From positions 27,900,001-27,964,000 of the forward strand of contig NC_043003.1 in the NCBI RefSeq assembly GCF_006345805.1: a stretch of 64,000 nucleotides of DNA. Direction: 5' to 3'. The translations under genes were made by a program, and so were the position numbers. Below the pieces are notes generated by a model. That model made no database searches and was not told the origin of the DNA. It worked only from the letters and a program-made list of their open reading frames with translations. This DNA comes from Octopus sinensis (lineage: Eukaryota). Position 1 is the stretch's first letter. Each line of letters opens with the position of its first letter. Positions 38,166 through 51,670 of this stretch are shown in pieces.

Positions 38166-39864
38166 GTATTTATATGTATGTGTGTGGTGTGTGTGTGTAT
38201 GTATGTGTGTGTGTGTGTATCTGTGTGCCCACAAGGATGTATGTATGTCTTTGCATACAAGTACTTGTATGCAATGCTTGTGTGTGAGTGAACTGATTTT
38301 TGTTCTCTATGTATGTATAAAGTAAATATACAAATGGACCTCAGTCAGTATCTACAAAGAATATTTCAATTACTCAATCAACCGATTGTTCATTATATGA
38401 TAATACTGATGGCTGAGTACTCCTTAGATGCTTGTGCCCTTAACATAATTCTCAGGCAGAGTCAGATTAACATTGCATACATTAATGAAAGCCCTTTGAA
38501 TTACAGTCCTTCTGGTGTTATAGTAAAAGCTGGATGAGTATTTCACAGACATTTGTGCCCCTAATCCTCTAGCATTGAGATTACTCTGTCAAATATAAAG
38601 CTTCTTTATTCACAGTGCTTTGAATTAATCATGCATTATCTCATAGCTTTGAGATTTCCATGATGTGATTGTTTACTTTTATAATGACATTGCAGGGTAG
38701 GTGTGAGAGGCTGGATCTGGCTAGTTTGAACATAAGGCAGCTAGAATATGTTCATTTATAGCTGGTTTAAATGCTAAAGATTTAATGTAATCTCCTAGTA
38801 TAAATGTATGATAAGACCAACCAGTTGTATTACTGGTACAGTTCATTTGGCAGGCCTCCACAGTTTTCGTCTCCCCAGTTTTACTCATAAGACTTATGTT
38901 GACACTAAATTGTACCTTGAAGGTGTGTCCTGACATGCCTCTACCACCATGTCTCTCTCTCTCTCTCTCTCTTGCTCACTCTGTCTACCTTTCTCTCCAA
39001 CTCTTTCTTTTCTAACTGAGGTAGCTAAATATTTCCTCTGTAGAAAGACACCTGTTCCTATCCCTGTTATACATTAACCTCTCAGTTGGCACAAAGCCAC
39101 ATCCCTTAATATTACTCCTCTACCTAATTGAGGGGTTTTAGCCTTGCAAGTTGCTTGGTGACTCCGCTGGTGCTGGTCTCACCTAAAAAGCACTCAGTAC
39201 ATTCTCTGAAGTGGTTGGCATTAGAAACAGCATCCAACCGTAAAAACCCCGCCAAGCAGACAAGGGAGCCTGGTGCAGTTCTGTGACTTGCCAGGTCCTA
39301 CCAAACCATCCAATCTGTGCCAGCATGGGAAATGGACATTAAATGATGATGATGATGGTGATGATGATGATGATAAAAGACTTATGAGACACAGATGTGG
39401 CTGCATGGTTAAGAAGTTAGCTTGCCAACCACATGATTTTTCAGTTCAGTCCCACTGCACGGGACTTTGAACAACTATAGTCTTAGACCAGCCCAAACCT
39501 TGAGAATGGATTTGGTAGATGAAAACTGAAAGAAGCCTGTAATATACCATCATCATCATCATCATCATCGTAATGTCTACTTTTCCATGCTTGCCTGGAT
39601 TGGATGGAGTTTTATTTGATGCAGAATTTCTACTGCCAGATTCCCTTCCTGTTGTCCACCTTCGCCTGTTTTCAAGCAAGGTAATACTTCCAAGTAGCCA
39701 AACATGTTTTTACAGAATATTGGAAATGAGTGACACTGCTTGTATGACAGGGACACTCATTTACAACTATCACGCTATGTCAAGACAAGGAGACACACAC
39801 ACACACACACACACATGTATACAAGCATTCTCATGCACATGTGCACACACACACACACATATAT

Positions 39865-40480
39865 ATCATCATCATCGTTTAACATCCGTTTTCCATGCTA
39901 GCATGGGTTGGACGGTTCAACTGGGGTCTGGGTAGCCAGTAGGCTGCACCAGGCCCAGTCTGATCTGGCTGTGTTTCTGGATGCCCTTCCTAACGCCAAC
40001 CACTCCATGAGTGTCGTGGGTGCTTTTTACGTGCCATCTGCACAGGTGCCAGACGAGGCAGGCAAACGGCCACGATCGGATGGTGCTTTTTATGTGCCAC
40101 CGGCACGGGGGCCAGACAAGGCTGGCAACAGCCACAATCAGATGGTGCTTTTTACGTGCCACTGGCACGGAGGCTAGTCGGGGCGGCGCTGGCAACGACC
40201 ACATTCGGATGGTTCTCTTATGTGCCACTGGCACTGGTATCACAGCTACAATTTCCATTGATGTTGATCGATTTTGATTTTGATTTTCACTTGCCTCAAC
40301 AGGTCTTCACAAGTAGGGTTTGTGTCACAAGAAGGAAAGGTATGCATAAGTGGGCTGGCTACGTCCCAAGTAGAGGCCATGGGTTAAGGTCTCACTTGTC
40401 CTGCCGGGTCTTCCCACGCACAGCATACTTCCAAAGGTCTCGGTCTCTGGTCATTTCCTCGGTGAGACATAAAGTTCGAA
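39865..40480 (-). mobile_element. RTE LINE 3' end with ORF terminus LTEEMTRDRDLWKYAVRGKTRQDK* and UTR
   Basis: Translation of 40390-40480 on minus; contiguous with the abundant (GAT)n-tailed repeat. Confidence 0.8.
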
Positions 40481-40526
40481 ATGTATATATATATATATAC
40501 TTTATTTAAAGCAGCAGAGAATTCAA

Positions 40527-40576
40527 CAAAACCTGTTACTCTGAGTTTCACGTTCTCGTCCGTCGGACAGTTTTTG
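40527..40576 (-). ncRNA. Second copy of the same hammerhead-like motif (core CCGACGG, probably impaired)
   Basis: Reverse complement ctgt-ccgacgg-acg(agaa)cgt-gaaactcagagta-acag. Confidence 0.45.
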
Positions 40577-40707
40577 CTAGAATAGAATAGAACTGATATG
40601 TCAATTCTATCAAGACTAGTATAAACGCTACACCTTTAAAAATGGACTTGTTTGATTGGTCCTTTACAAATAACGGTCAATTTTCGAGCGATAAACAAAA
40701 ATGAGTT

Positions 40708-40759
<52 letters not shown>

Positions 40760-41284
40760 AAATTTGAGGAAAAAAACCTTACATCGAATCTTTGGTTAAA
40801 ATGCATATTGTCATTAATAAAGGAAATATAATTAATACATGGAAATTGAAATTAAAATGTTAAAATGCATTAAAATATTACACAACAGTACATACTCATA
40901 CTAAACTATACATATATACATCAACATACACAGATAGATGCGCGCAGACCACATACATATACAGACATATAAATACAAAGCTAAAATATACACACAAATG
41001 CATGTACACATATGTATACGCAATCTAGCTCGCATGCAAAATCACTGTATCCATATAGACTATAAGCTAAATTCATGGATGGGGAAGGGGCGTTCTTATT
41101 TACAACGTAAAGCTAAAGACATGAGTAAAGGGAGGGGGGAGGGGGAGTAAAGTTACAGGGCTCTATACAAGTAACGAATAGGGAGAGAAAAAAAAAATGG
41201 ACCAATCAAACAAGTCCATTTTTAAAGGTTTAGCGTTTATACTAGTCTTGATAGAATTGACATATCGGTTCTATTCTATTCTAG

Positions 41285-41334
41285 CAAAAACTGTCCGATG
41301 AACGGGAACGTGAAACTCAGAGTAACAGGTTTTG
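41285..41334 (+). ncRNA. Minimal type I hammerhead ribozyme-like motif, variant core CCGAUGA
   Basis: CAAAAACUGU-CCGAUGA-ACG(GGAA)CGU-GAA-ACUC(A)GAGU-A-ACAGGUUUUG: stems I, II and III all pair; predicted GUA cleavage triplet ends at 41324. Confidence 0.6.
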
Positions 41335-41904
41335 TTGAATTTTCTGCTGTTTTAAATAAAGCATATTACTCTACCACTGGTATTTGAGTACTCTTTTTTC
41401 CACCTTGTTTCAAATTTATGTGTTTACTCCGGTATATATATATATATATATGATGGGCTTCTTTCAGTTTCCAGTTACTAAATTTACTCTGAAGGCTTTA
41501 GTCAACCATAGGTTAAAGTAGAACACACTCATGCAGTGGGATTGATCCCCAAACCATGAAGTTGGGAAACAAACTACTTATCCACACTGCTGTATCTGCA
41601 CCTATGTTGATGATATTGATGATGGTGATGGTGATGACGATGACAACATAGTTTTTCTCATGTAAAAATTAATTTTCATTTCACCTCAGTAAATTTAACT
41701 CTGTTTAATTGAGAAACAACAACCAAAAAAACGCCCCTTTAAAAAGTACTTATTAGTATCTAATTTACATGAGGTAAACTGACCAGAGGCTATTGAGATT
41801 CCTCTTCCAACAAATGTGCAGTCAGATGTACACAAATTTGCACACAATACCTTGAAGTGAACACACAAAGAATCTCTCTCTCTCTCTCTTTCTCTCTCTG
41901 TCTT

Positions 41905-41951
<47 letters not shown>

Positions 41952-42769
41952 TGTGCATGCATGCACGAACATAACAATTCTAATAAATTCAAACACCCAC
42001 ATGAAGATGTATAAACATGGTGATGATAATGATGATGATGGTGGTGATAGTGGAAACAACAGTGATGTCGGTAAAGATGCATTATCATTGTCATCTTCGT
42101 GGTCATCATCGTCATCATCAACTTCAACATCATTACTACTTTATGTCTGCTTTCCATGTTTTCATGGGTCAGATGGCACATTGCTGCACATCTGATTGCG
42201 TTGAAGGAGGTCTTGCTCACAAGTTGTATTCTTACCATGGATATTTATGACTGAATGTCCTTCCTGATACCCATCACTTTACAGTAAACTGTGTGCATTG
42301 TTTTCTCATGGCACCAGCACTAGGGAGGTTGTCATGTCTTCGATAAGATTAAAGAGGATTTCTTGACCCTATATTTAACAGGGTAGGTTGGGTGCATTTT
42401 ACCACTAGAAGATAAATGGTAAGGATATACAATTAGTGTCAATACCAAATGGCTTGGGAGGGAGCATAATAGATAGAATGTGTTGGATATATGTGTATCT
42501 GGTGAAGACCGTTAAGAAAATGTCTCCAGATGGGTTAGATAGCAAGGATGATGATGAAAAGTTGGAAGTGTGAAGTGAAACCTGTAACTGCTGGTTATCA
42601 GTCATAATGCTCCCACTGTCTACAATGATCTGTTGTGGAGAATAATTCTGTAATATTTTGGGTACGGCCCTTTAATTTTTAATAAAGTTTTCTGTTTGTT
42701 AGGTGGCTGTTTTGGGCAGGTTATTGAAAGGGTTAGATTGCTTGAGGTCAGAGATGAGTGGGAGTTAGT

Positions 42770-43465
42770 GAGATGTGAAATTAGTGTGTTTTGAAGTAAG
42801 TGTAGTTTAGTGAGGTATAAGGTGAGTTAGTTGAATAGAAGTTAGTGAGATATGAGGTGAGTGGGGTTTAGGTAAATATGAGGTGTGTGGAGGTCAGTGA
42901 AATATAAGGTGAATGGAGGTTAGTGAAATGTGTGGTGAGTGGAGGTTAGTGAGGTTAGTGAAGTAGGAAGTGAGTGGAGGTTAGTGAAGTAGGAAATGAG
43001 TGGAGGGTAGTGAAGTATGGAGTGGAGATTTGTGAAGTATGAAGTGAGTGGAAGTTAGTGAAGTATGAGGTGAGTGGAGGTTAGTGAATTATGAGGTGAG
43101 TGGAGGTTAGTGAATTATGAGGTGAGTGGAGGTTAGTGAATTATGAGGTGAGTGGAGGTTAGTGAAGTATGAGGTGAGTGGAAGTTGGTGAAATATGGAG
43201 TGCAGGTTAGGACAATATGAGGTGAGTGAAGATGCATTCGTAGCTGAGTGGGGGTGGCTTACATTAGGAGATTAATGGAGGTGACTTACATTAGGTAAGT
43301 GGATATTAGTGATGTATTAGGTGAGTGTGGGGATGGTTGTGTGAGATGATATAGTTGGACTGTGTTTGGGTGAGTGGAGGCTTGTGAGTGAGGAACTGAG
43401 TGAGAGATGTTTGAAGTTAGAAATGAATTGAGTGGCACTGAGTTTAGTTTGGAGGTGAAAATGAG
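42770..43465 (+). repeat. G-rich 26-bp minisatellite (gaggtgagtggaggttagtgaattat)
   Basis: Near-perfect units at ~43040-43190, degenerate flanks. Confidence 0.85.
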
Positions 43466-43653
43466 GTGCACTCACCTCTGTGTTCTCTAATTATCTACCT
43501 GTCTATTTACCTCCTGATATGTGTGTATGGATATATGTATCTGCTAGTCTGGGGATGCATGCATACATACAAACATACATACAGCTCTATGGATGTGTGT
43601 GTGTGTATGTATTCATACATATATGTATACATAACTATGTATGTATACATAAC

Positions 43654-43696
<43 letters not shown>

Positions 43697-44639
43697 CACA
43701 ATTATATACATATATATGTGTATGTACACAATTGTATATGTATATATATAAATATATATGTGTGTGTGTATACATAGATATGTATGTGTGTATATATATA
43801 TATATATTATATATATATATATTATATATATATATATATATACACTGATACACACATGTATACCAGATATGTGTATTTATGTGTTTCTATATGTCTGTCT
43901 CCATTGATTTCTTTCTCTCCTTACACCTACTCTATTCTCTTTCTCTCTCTCTCTCCAACCTTTATCTCCCTCCCTCCTCTCCATCCTCTTCTTCCTCTCC
44001 CTCTCTTTCCCACTTCTCCCCACTTTCATATATCCGATATTGGGCAGTCTTCCCTCTTCCAGGATGTTTCATTTTCAGCTGTTGTCATGGCAACACAGAT
44101 AGCCATAGCCTCGATGAAGGAAAGATCGAAAGAGTGATCAAATGAATGAGCAAAAGAACAAAAATGGTTTGAGGGTGGGTGTGTTGGAAAGGAATGAGAG
44201 AGAGGAATGAATGAAAACCAGAATGAAATGAATGAATGAAAGTAAGAAGAATGGAGAGAGAGAATAGAGGATTGAAAATATACAGAGAACAATAAATGAA
44301 ATAGAGGTAAAAAATGAAAGAATGGTAAAAAAAAGAAAAAAACTGAAGAATGAAATAATGAAAGAATTGGGGAATGAAACAATGAAGGAAGATTTGGGGA
44401 TTTAAATAAGGAAGGAGGAAGAATTGAGGATTGAAAGGATGAAGAAAGAATACTTGAGGAGTGGAAAAATGAAGGAAGATGGATTGAGGAATGGAAGATT
44501 GAAAGAGGAAGAATTGTGGAATGAAATAATGGATAAGAATTTAAAAATAAAAGGATAAAATTGAGGAATGAAAGAATGAAGGAGGATGTATTGATGAATA
44601 GAAAAATGAGAGCAAATATTAAGGTGGGAAAGAATAGAG

Positions 44640-45115
44640 AGGGAAGAATTGAGGAATCAAAGAATGAATGAGTAAGAATTGAGGGCTGAAAGAATGAGAA
44701 AGAATTGAGGAATGAAAGAGTGAATGAGCAAGACTTGAGGAATCAAAGAGTGAATGAGCAAGACTTAAGGAATGAAAGAGTGAATGAGCGAGAATTGAGG
44801 AATGAAAGAATGATTGAGCAAGAATTGAGGAATGAAAGAATGATTGAGCAAGAATTGAGGAATGAAAGAATGAATGAGCAAGAATTGAGGAATGAAAGAA
44901 TGAATGAGCATGAATTGAGGAATGAAAGAATGAATGAACAAAATTGAGGAATGAAAGAATGAATGAGCAAAATTGAGGAATGAAAGAAGGAATGAGCAAG
45001 AATTGAGGAATGAAAGAATGATTGAGCAAGAATTGAGGAATGAAAGAATGAATGAGCAAGAATTGAGGAGTGAAAGAATGAATGAACAAAATTGAGGAAT
45101 GAATGAAAAAAAGAA
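44640..45115 (+). repeat. Purine-rich 30-bp minisatellite (gaattgaggaatgaaagaatgaatgagcaa)
   Basis: Tandem units visible directly; source of the ELRNERMNEQ pseudo-ORF. Confidence 0.9.
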
Positions 45116-45846
45116 TTTAGGAATGGTAAGAATTGTGGAAAGGAAATAAATGTAGAATGATTTTTAGCTCTAGTCACAGAATGATGAGAAGAGAAATTTG
45201 ATTTTGATGGGATTTGAGCTCAGAACATCTGTGTCTGTCACCCCTCCCAGTATCTGATGTTGAAGAGGAGATAAGTACTCCAAAATGCATGCATCCATCA
45301 GTCTGGCTAAGGAGAACTTTGAACTGACTTATTGTGTTTACACCTATTTGTCTACAGCAAGAAAATTTATTTCCATGACAAAATTAAATGACTTTCCTAC
45401 AGGAAAGTCTTAAGTAATTTTTGAACTGGTAATAAATTTATGTAATAACACTTGTTTCTAACAAGCACAAGGCCTGTAATTTGTAGGGACTAACTAATTA
45501 CTAAAGAGCCCAGTAATTGTCTGGTACTTTATTTACAGGACGAGGAGTAAAATTGTACTCTGACTTAAAGAATCAGAGTAAATACCGCAAAGTGTAATAC
45601 TTGAAGCTTGCACTATTCTACTCATCCACTGCTCTAAATATTGTCACTACTAGTACTTATGAGTCTTAACATAGCAGGTGTGGCTGGGTGGTAGGAAGCT
45701 TGCTCCCAACCTCATGGTTCTGGGTTCAGTCTACTGTGAGGCACATGAGCAAGTGTCTTCTTCTATAGCCTTGGCTAACCAAGGCCTTATGAGTGGATTT
45801 TGCAGACAGAAACTGAAAGAAGCTTGGCATGTATATATATATATAT

Positions 45847-46101
45847 CAGTGGTTTTCAACCAGGGTTCTGCGGAACCTTAGGGTTCTGCGGAACCTTAGG
45901 GTTCTGTGGAACCTTAGGGTTCTGCCAGTACAGTCCAGAGGTTCTGCAAGAAGTTACAAACCTGCTAAAATCGGCAGTAATTTTTAATTCTCCTGTGCAG
46001 ATATGTGTGCATAAGACTATTAAATTATTGCACAGGGGTTCCTCGAGCCAGTGGAATGTTTCCTTGGGGTTCCGCTCCAGCAAAAATGTTGAAAAGCACT
46101 G
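45847..46101. mobile_element. hAT (Charlie-like) MITE inserted in SINE-B (TA)n; 18-bp internal tandem
   Basis: TIR cagtggttttcaacc / gttgaaaagcactg; gggttctgcggaacctta repeated about 3.5 times. Confidence 0.75.
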
Positions 46102-47209
46102 ATATATGTATATGTTTGTGTGTATGTGTTTGTCCCTTACTTGATAACTAGTGTTGGTGTGTTTACGTATCCATAACTTTGCAGTTTGGTAAGTGAGACT
46201 GATAGAATTAGTACTTAGCTTAGCAAAAGAATAAGTACTGAATTTAGTGCCCCAGCATGGTTGCAGTCTAATGACTGAAACAAGTAAAAGATAAATAGAT
46301 ACAAGGCCTGAAGTTTCAGGCAAAAGGACATGTTGATAAATGAACCTTTGTATTTGGTCGGTACTATTCTACCCATCCACTGCTCTAAATATTGTCACTA
46401 ATACTACTTATGAGTTTTAACATCAGGCGTGGCTGGGTGTTAGGAAGCTTGCAGCCAACCTCATGGTTCTGGGTTCAATCTGCTGTGAGGCTCATGAGCA
46501 AGTGTCTTCTTCTATAGCCTTGGCTAACCAAAAGTGGACAAAAATGCCACTAAGTATCTTGTCTAGTTTGCTAACAATTCTGCCAGCTTACTGCCTTAAT
46601 AATAATAATAACAACAACAACAACAACAATCACCATCATCATCATCATTTAACGTCCATTGTTCATGCTGGCATAGATTGGTATGCTGGACGGCTGCACC
46701 AGGCTCCAGTCTGATTTGGCATGGTTTTCTATGGCTGGATGCCTTTCTTAATGCCAACCACTCTGAGTGTGTAATTGGTGCTTTTACATGCTATTTGCGT
46801 GACACCACTATCTGCCACAACTGCAATTTTGCTCGGTTTGATAGGTCTTCTTCTCAAGCACGATGAAGACCCAATGATAATAATAAAGATAATAATAATA
46901 ATGCTTTCTACTATAGACACAAGGACTGGGGAATAATCAGTTACAATGCTCAACTGGTAAGCTTTTTGTCTGGTGTGCTAATGGTTCTGTCAGCCCACTG
47001 CTTTATTATTATTATTATTAGTAGTAGTAGTAGTCCTTTCCAGGAACAAGGCCTGGAATTTATGGAATGGAAACTAGTTGATAACATTGATCCTAGTATT
47101 TGACTGGTACTTATTTCATTGACCCCGAAAGGATGAAAGGCAAGGTTGACCTTGGCAGAATTTGAATAATGTGCCATCAACACATAGAAAGACTGTCATG
47201 CCCTTAGAC

Positions 47210-47654
47210 CAGTAGTTCTCAACCATTTTTTGCCTTTAGACTCCTTTGATTCCTCTTTTATTCAGGTAGACCCTCCTAGCCATTCAATGCTTAAAAAGGA
47301 ATTGTATACTCTTTTTTACTCTTTTACTTGTTTCAGTCATTTGACTGTGGCCATGCTGGAGCACCGCCTTTTAGTCGAGCAAATCGACCCCAGGACTTCA
47401 TCATCATCATCATTTAACATCCGCTTTCCATGCTAGCATGGGTTGGACGGTTCAACTGGAGTCTGGGGAGCCCGAAGGCTGCACCAGTCCAGTCAGATCT
47501 GGCAGTGTTTCTACAGCTGGATGCCCTTATTCTTTGTAAACCTAGTACTTATTCTATCGGTCTCTTTTACCGAACCGCTAAGTTACGGGGATGTAAACAC
47601 ACCAGCATCAGTTGTCAAGCGATGTTGGGGGGACAAGCACAGACACACAAACAT

Positions 47655-47685
<31 letters not shown>

Positions 47686-47873
47686 ACATATATAACATGG
47701 GCTTCTTTCAGTTTCTGCCTACCAAATCCACTCACAAGGCTAAAAAAAATTATTAAAATATTTTAAGTATTGTAGAATCATAACCAATTTATTGCACGTA
47801 AATTTTAACGCCAAAATCTTATATGTGATCCCCCCCCACCAGGGTCAAATGGACTCCATTTGAGAACCCCCTG
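47210..47873. mobile_element. hAT (Charlie-like) MITE with perfect 8-bp TSD and nested SINE/RTE fragments
   Basis: TIR cagtagttctcaacc / tttgagaaccccctg; TSD ccttagac at 47202-47209 and 47874-47881. Confidence 0.85.
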
Positions 47874-49528
47874 CCTTAGACAGACTAAAGAGTTTTCTTG
47901 ACTCAGCATTGTCTTTGCTTGTTCACTGACCAATTTACAGAGTGGACTGAGTGTATTTTATCATAGCACCATAACTTACAGAAGCTGTCATACCTTCAGC
48001 CAGATGAAAGAGGCCTCTAAACCATATGATGTTGGCAGGCTGTAGCTGTGTGGTTAAGATGTTTGTTTCCCAACCACCAAGTTTTGAGTTCATCCTACTA
48101 CATGTCAACATGGATAAGTGTCGTTTACTGGGTTGACGAAAGCCTTGTGAGTGGATTTGAAAGAAGGCCCATCATCATCATTATCATCATGATTTAACAT
48201 GTTTTCTCTGCTGGCATGGGTTGGATGGTTTGGTTAGGGTAGGCAAGTTGGGGAGATGCACCAGGTTCCAGTTGTGTGGTTTTTGGCTTGGTTTCTAATG
48301 CTAACCACTTTACAGAGTGTACTCAGTACTTTTTATGTGGCACCAGCACAGGTGCTTTTTACATGTCACTGGCATCAGCACTGATGTGTTTGTATGTACC
48401 TATTGTTTAGGCATAACATGATGGTTGTAAATAAACATCATCATCATGCAAGAGGGCATTTTTGCTTTTAGTCTTTCATGAAAAAATTGTACAGATACAG
48501 GAAAATATTACCTTGTCTGGAAACAGGTGTGGGTTGGTGACTGGAAGAGCATTAAGCTGTAGAATATCCCCCACAATAAATTCTATGTAACCCATGTGTG
48601 CATGTAGTTATGTGTGTGTATGTGTAAATACATATGATTATGTATGCATCTTTCTGCATGTATTTGTGTGAGTGTGTGTATATATGTAGTTATGTGATGA
48701 ATGGATGTGTATGTATGTATATGTGTGTGTGTATGTGTGTATTGTGTGTATTTGTCAGTAACTGAACAGTATAGTGGTGGTAAGGGGGTGATTTTGTTTA
48801 GCCCTAGGCCCCTTATCAGCCAACAGACCTGTGATGAAAAGCATTTCAGCTGTGACCATTCTGACATTGTTTATCTAGAACTACATTATCCAATGTGTCT
48901 TTCTTTGTTTAAAACTCTAAGGAGATTTTGTAGCTATATCTGAGATCCCCTTTGGTCATGAATGACCGTGGGATTGCACCTAGAAAGTTACCCTCCTAGG
49001 CACAAGTCCAGGCAAGGTTGTTTAGGGAAGACCTGCAGTCGCCCATGCATACAAGCATCCCCTCTCCACACCACCGATATTATCCAAAGGAAAGGCAAAG
49101 GCTGATACAGCTTGGCACCAGTGGCGTTGCAACTCATTTCTACAGCTGAGTGAACTGGAAGAACATGAAATAAAGTGTCTTGCTCAAGAGCACAACATGC
49201 AGCCTGGTAAAAGAATCGAACTCACAACCTCACGATCGTAAGCTAGTTGCTCTAACCACAGGTCAACATTGAATTAGCAGACATCTGACTGAAGGCGTTC
49301 TAGCCATGACCATCCCATCATTTTGTATATCTAATACAGTTTTCTGATATAATGTGTGCTTCCTAATTTGGAACAAAAGGACATGATTTGAGGAAGATTT
49401 GGCTGCTATTTCTAGCATGTCAAACCCTGTGTAGAAGTTTCTCATGATGGGAATTGTAATAGAAGTGACAAAAGAGCTGGTTGTTCTTCAGCCCTTGGTC
49501 AGCTTTGTTTGAGCAGATTTATGATCTA

Positions 49529-50413
49529 CGAGGTGGTATCAAAAAGTTCCTGTACTAGTTATGGTTAATAAAAAATAACTTATTCATCTAAGTTTTATCA
49601 TCATCTCCTTCGAAACAGTCACCTTGCACAGCAATACACCCGTCCCAGCGTTCCTGCCACTTTTGGAATCTGGCCTGGATGTCATTTTCTGCAAGCAAGT
49701 TGAGGACCATTGTCATCTCGACAATGGTGTTAAAACAGTAACTTTTGAACTGCATTTTCATCTTGGGGAAGAGACGGTGCTCCACAGGTGCTAAATCTGG
49801 CAAATAGGGGTGGGTGTCGAAGTGATACCATGTTGTTTTTGGCGAGTGCTGAGAGCTCAGTAACAGGGTGCATTGTTGTCGTGAAGAATCCAATTCTTCA
49901 CACTCCACAGATATGGTCACTTTCACTGAATGTCCTCCCTCAAATGCTTCAAAGCATCGTTGACTGTCCTCCAACGATCCTCATGCACAAGCCGATGAAC
50001 TTTCTCCCCACTTCCAGGGATGATACTCATCGTCTTCCACATTTGAAGCATCTGTGCCTCTTAAAACATTGCGTACAACCCACTGCCTTGTTGCCATAAG
50101 CTTGCCGAAGCATGCTCAATGTTTCTGTAACAGTCTTCTCAAGTTTAACGCAAAATTTCACCTTGGATCTTGGTTCCAACTTGCTGCCCATGACAAAAAT
50201 TGCAGACTGCAGCATACACCGCATCACAAAAACACAAATTTCACAACTTGCGAAGTAATCACACTGATGTCATTTGGCACACTGCCTCATGAAGGCCACT
50301 GCTAGCTCTCACTGCACATGCAACCACGTACTGCCTTCTGTTGGCGTGCTACAGAACTAGTCTGAGAACTTTGTAAAGCTCTCTACCACTTTGTAAAGCT
50401 TTCTACCACCTTG
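49529..50413 (-). mobile_element. Degenerate, internally deleted mariner transposon
   Basis: N-terminal KFCVKLEKTVTETLSMLRQAYG (50027-50200) and C-terminal HPYLPDLAP..LFPKMK..GDCFEGD (49588-49830). TA-cgaggtggtatcaaaaagttcc TIR; the other end is scrambled into a short triplication. Confidence 0.88.
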
Positions 50414-51039
50414 TAAAGCTCTCTAGCCATGACTATCCAGCCTGCTATTCAAGCATAGAGTATCCTGGATGCTGTTATCCAAAATGTTTTTAAAGATGGC
50501 CGGGTGTAATTTGAGGGAGATTTCTTGTGGGTTGTGTGACCATGCGTAAAGTTTTTGTCATTGCCTCACAGCAGCTGTGATGGCAGTGTAGGTGGTGGTG
50601 GCAGTGGTAAAGTTTGAGGTCAAGATTGTTGCAGTGATGGTAGTAGTGGAGGCAGGGATATTTTTGGTGGAAGTAGAGGTGATGGTGTTCAAGTTAGAGA
50701 TGTTAACAGTGGTGGTAGTGGTGGTGGTCATCAAGGTAGAGATGTGATGGTTGTGTTGGTGGTGGTGGTAGTGATTGAGGTATAGATGTTGATGGCGGGA
50801 GAAATAATAGTGGTAGTGGTGGTGGTCTTGTCGATGGTTACCTCAGCATGCTGTGCACAGTTGCATCGCTGTTTCCTTAGCCTGTTTCCCCACCCCACCC
50901 CATCCACTATGTACTTCCTGCCTCTCTCCCCTGCACATTTTGCACCCACCTAATCGGTTTCTCTGTTGCAATTGTTGCACTGTCTCCAACAGATGTCTGT
51001 GGCACATGAATGCTGCTTTGACAACTCAGCAACACCACC

Positions 51040-51670
51040 ACCACCAATCACCTCATTCATTGCCACTGCCACCACCATCTCCACTTTTGCCACCATCACT
51101 GTCGCCGCCAGCACCACCACCTCCACCTTTGACACTATCACTACCATTACCACCACCAACCACCTCCTCCATCACTGCTATCGCTGCTGTCAACACTATT
51201 GCCGCCACCATTGCCACCACCACCACCACTACCATTATCACTGCCATCATCACCATCATCACCATTACAAAAACCACCACTACCACCACCACCACCATCA
51301 CCATCACAACTGTCACCAGCATTACCACCATTGCCACTACCACCTCCTCCATCACCACTATTGACACCATTGCCACCACCACCACCACCACCACCACCAC
51401 TACCATTATCGCTGCCATCACCACCATCATCACCATCACAAAAACCACCACTACCACCACCATCACCATCACAACTGTCACCAGCATTACCACCATTGCC
51501 ACTACCACCTCCTCCACCACCACTATCGCCACCACCATCACTATTGCTGCCGTCCACCATCATCACCATTGCAAAAACCACCACATGGCTCTCATTACCA
51601 CCGCCAACACCACCACCACCATCATCCCCACCACAGCTGCTACCACTGTCACTGTTGCCACCATTATCCA
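51040..51670 (+). repeat. (ACC/ATC)n low-complexity tract with ~180-bp internal duplication
   Basis: Trinucleotide-based; acaaaaaccaccactaccacc...acaactgtcaccagcattacc occurs twice. Confidence 0.85.

Larger units (their letters stand above)
40500..41430. mobile_element. Penelope-like element relic with inverted terminal repeats (40500-40662 / 41199-41360)
   Basis: ~163-bp reverse-complementary arms, each with a minimal hammerhead followed by aataaag; flanked by (TA)n. Confidence 0.75.

Noticed and set aside
44619-45177. Coiled-coil-like ORF ELRNERMNEQ repeats
   Set aside because: By-product of a 30-bp minisatellite; frames break where unit length changes.
49529-50413. Active mariner transposase
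   Set aside because: Internally deleted and frameshifted, with catalytic motifs degraded and one TIR scrambled.
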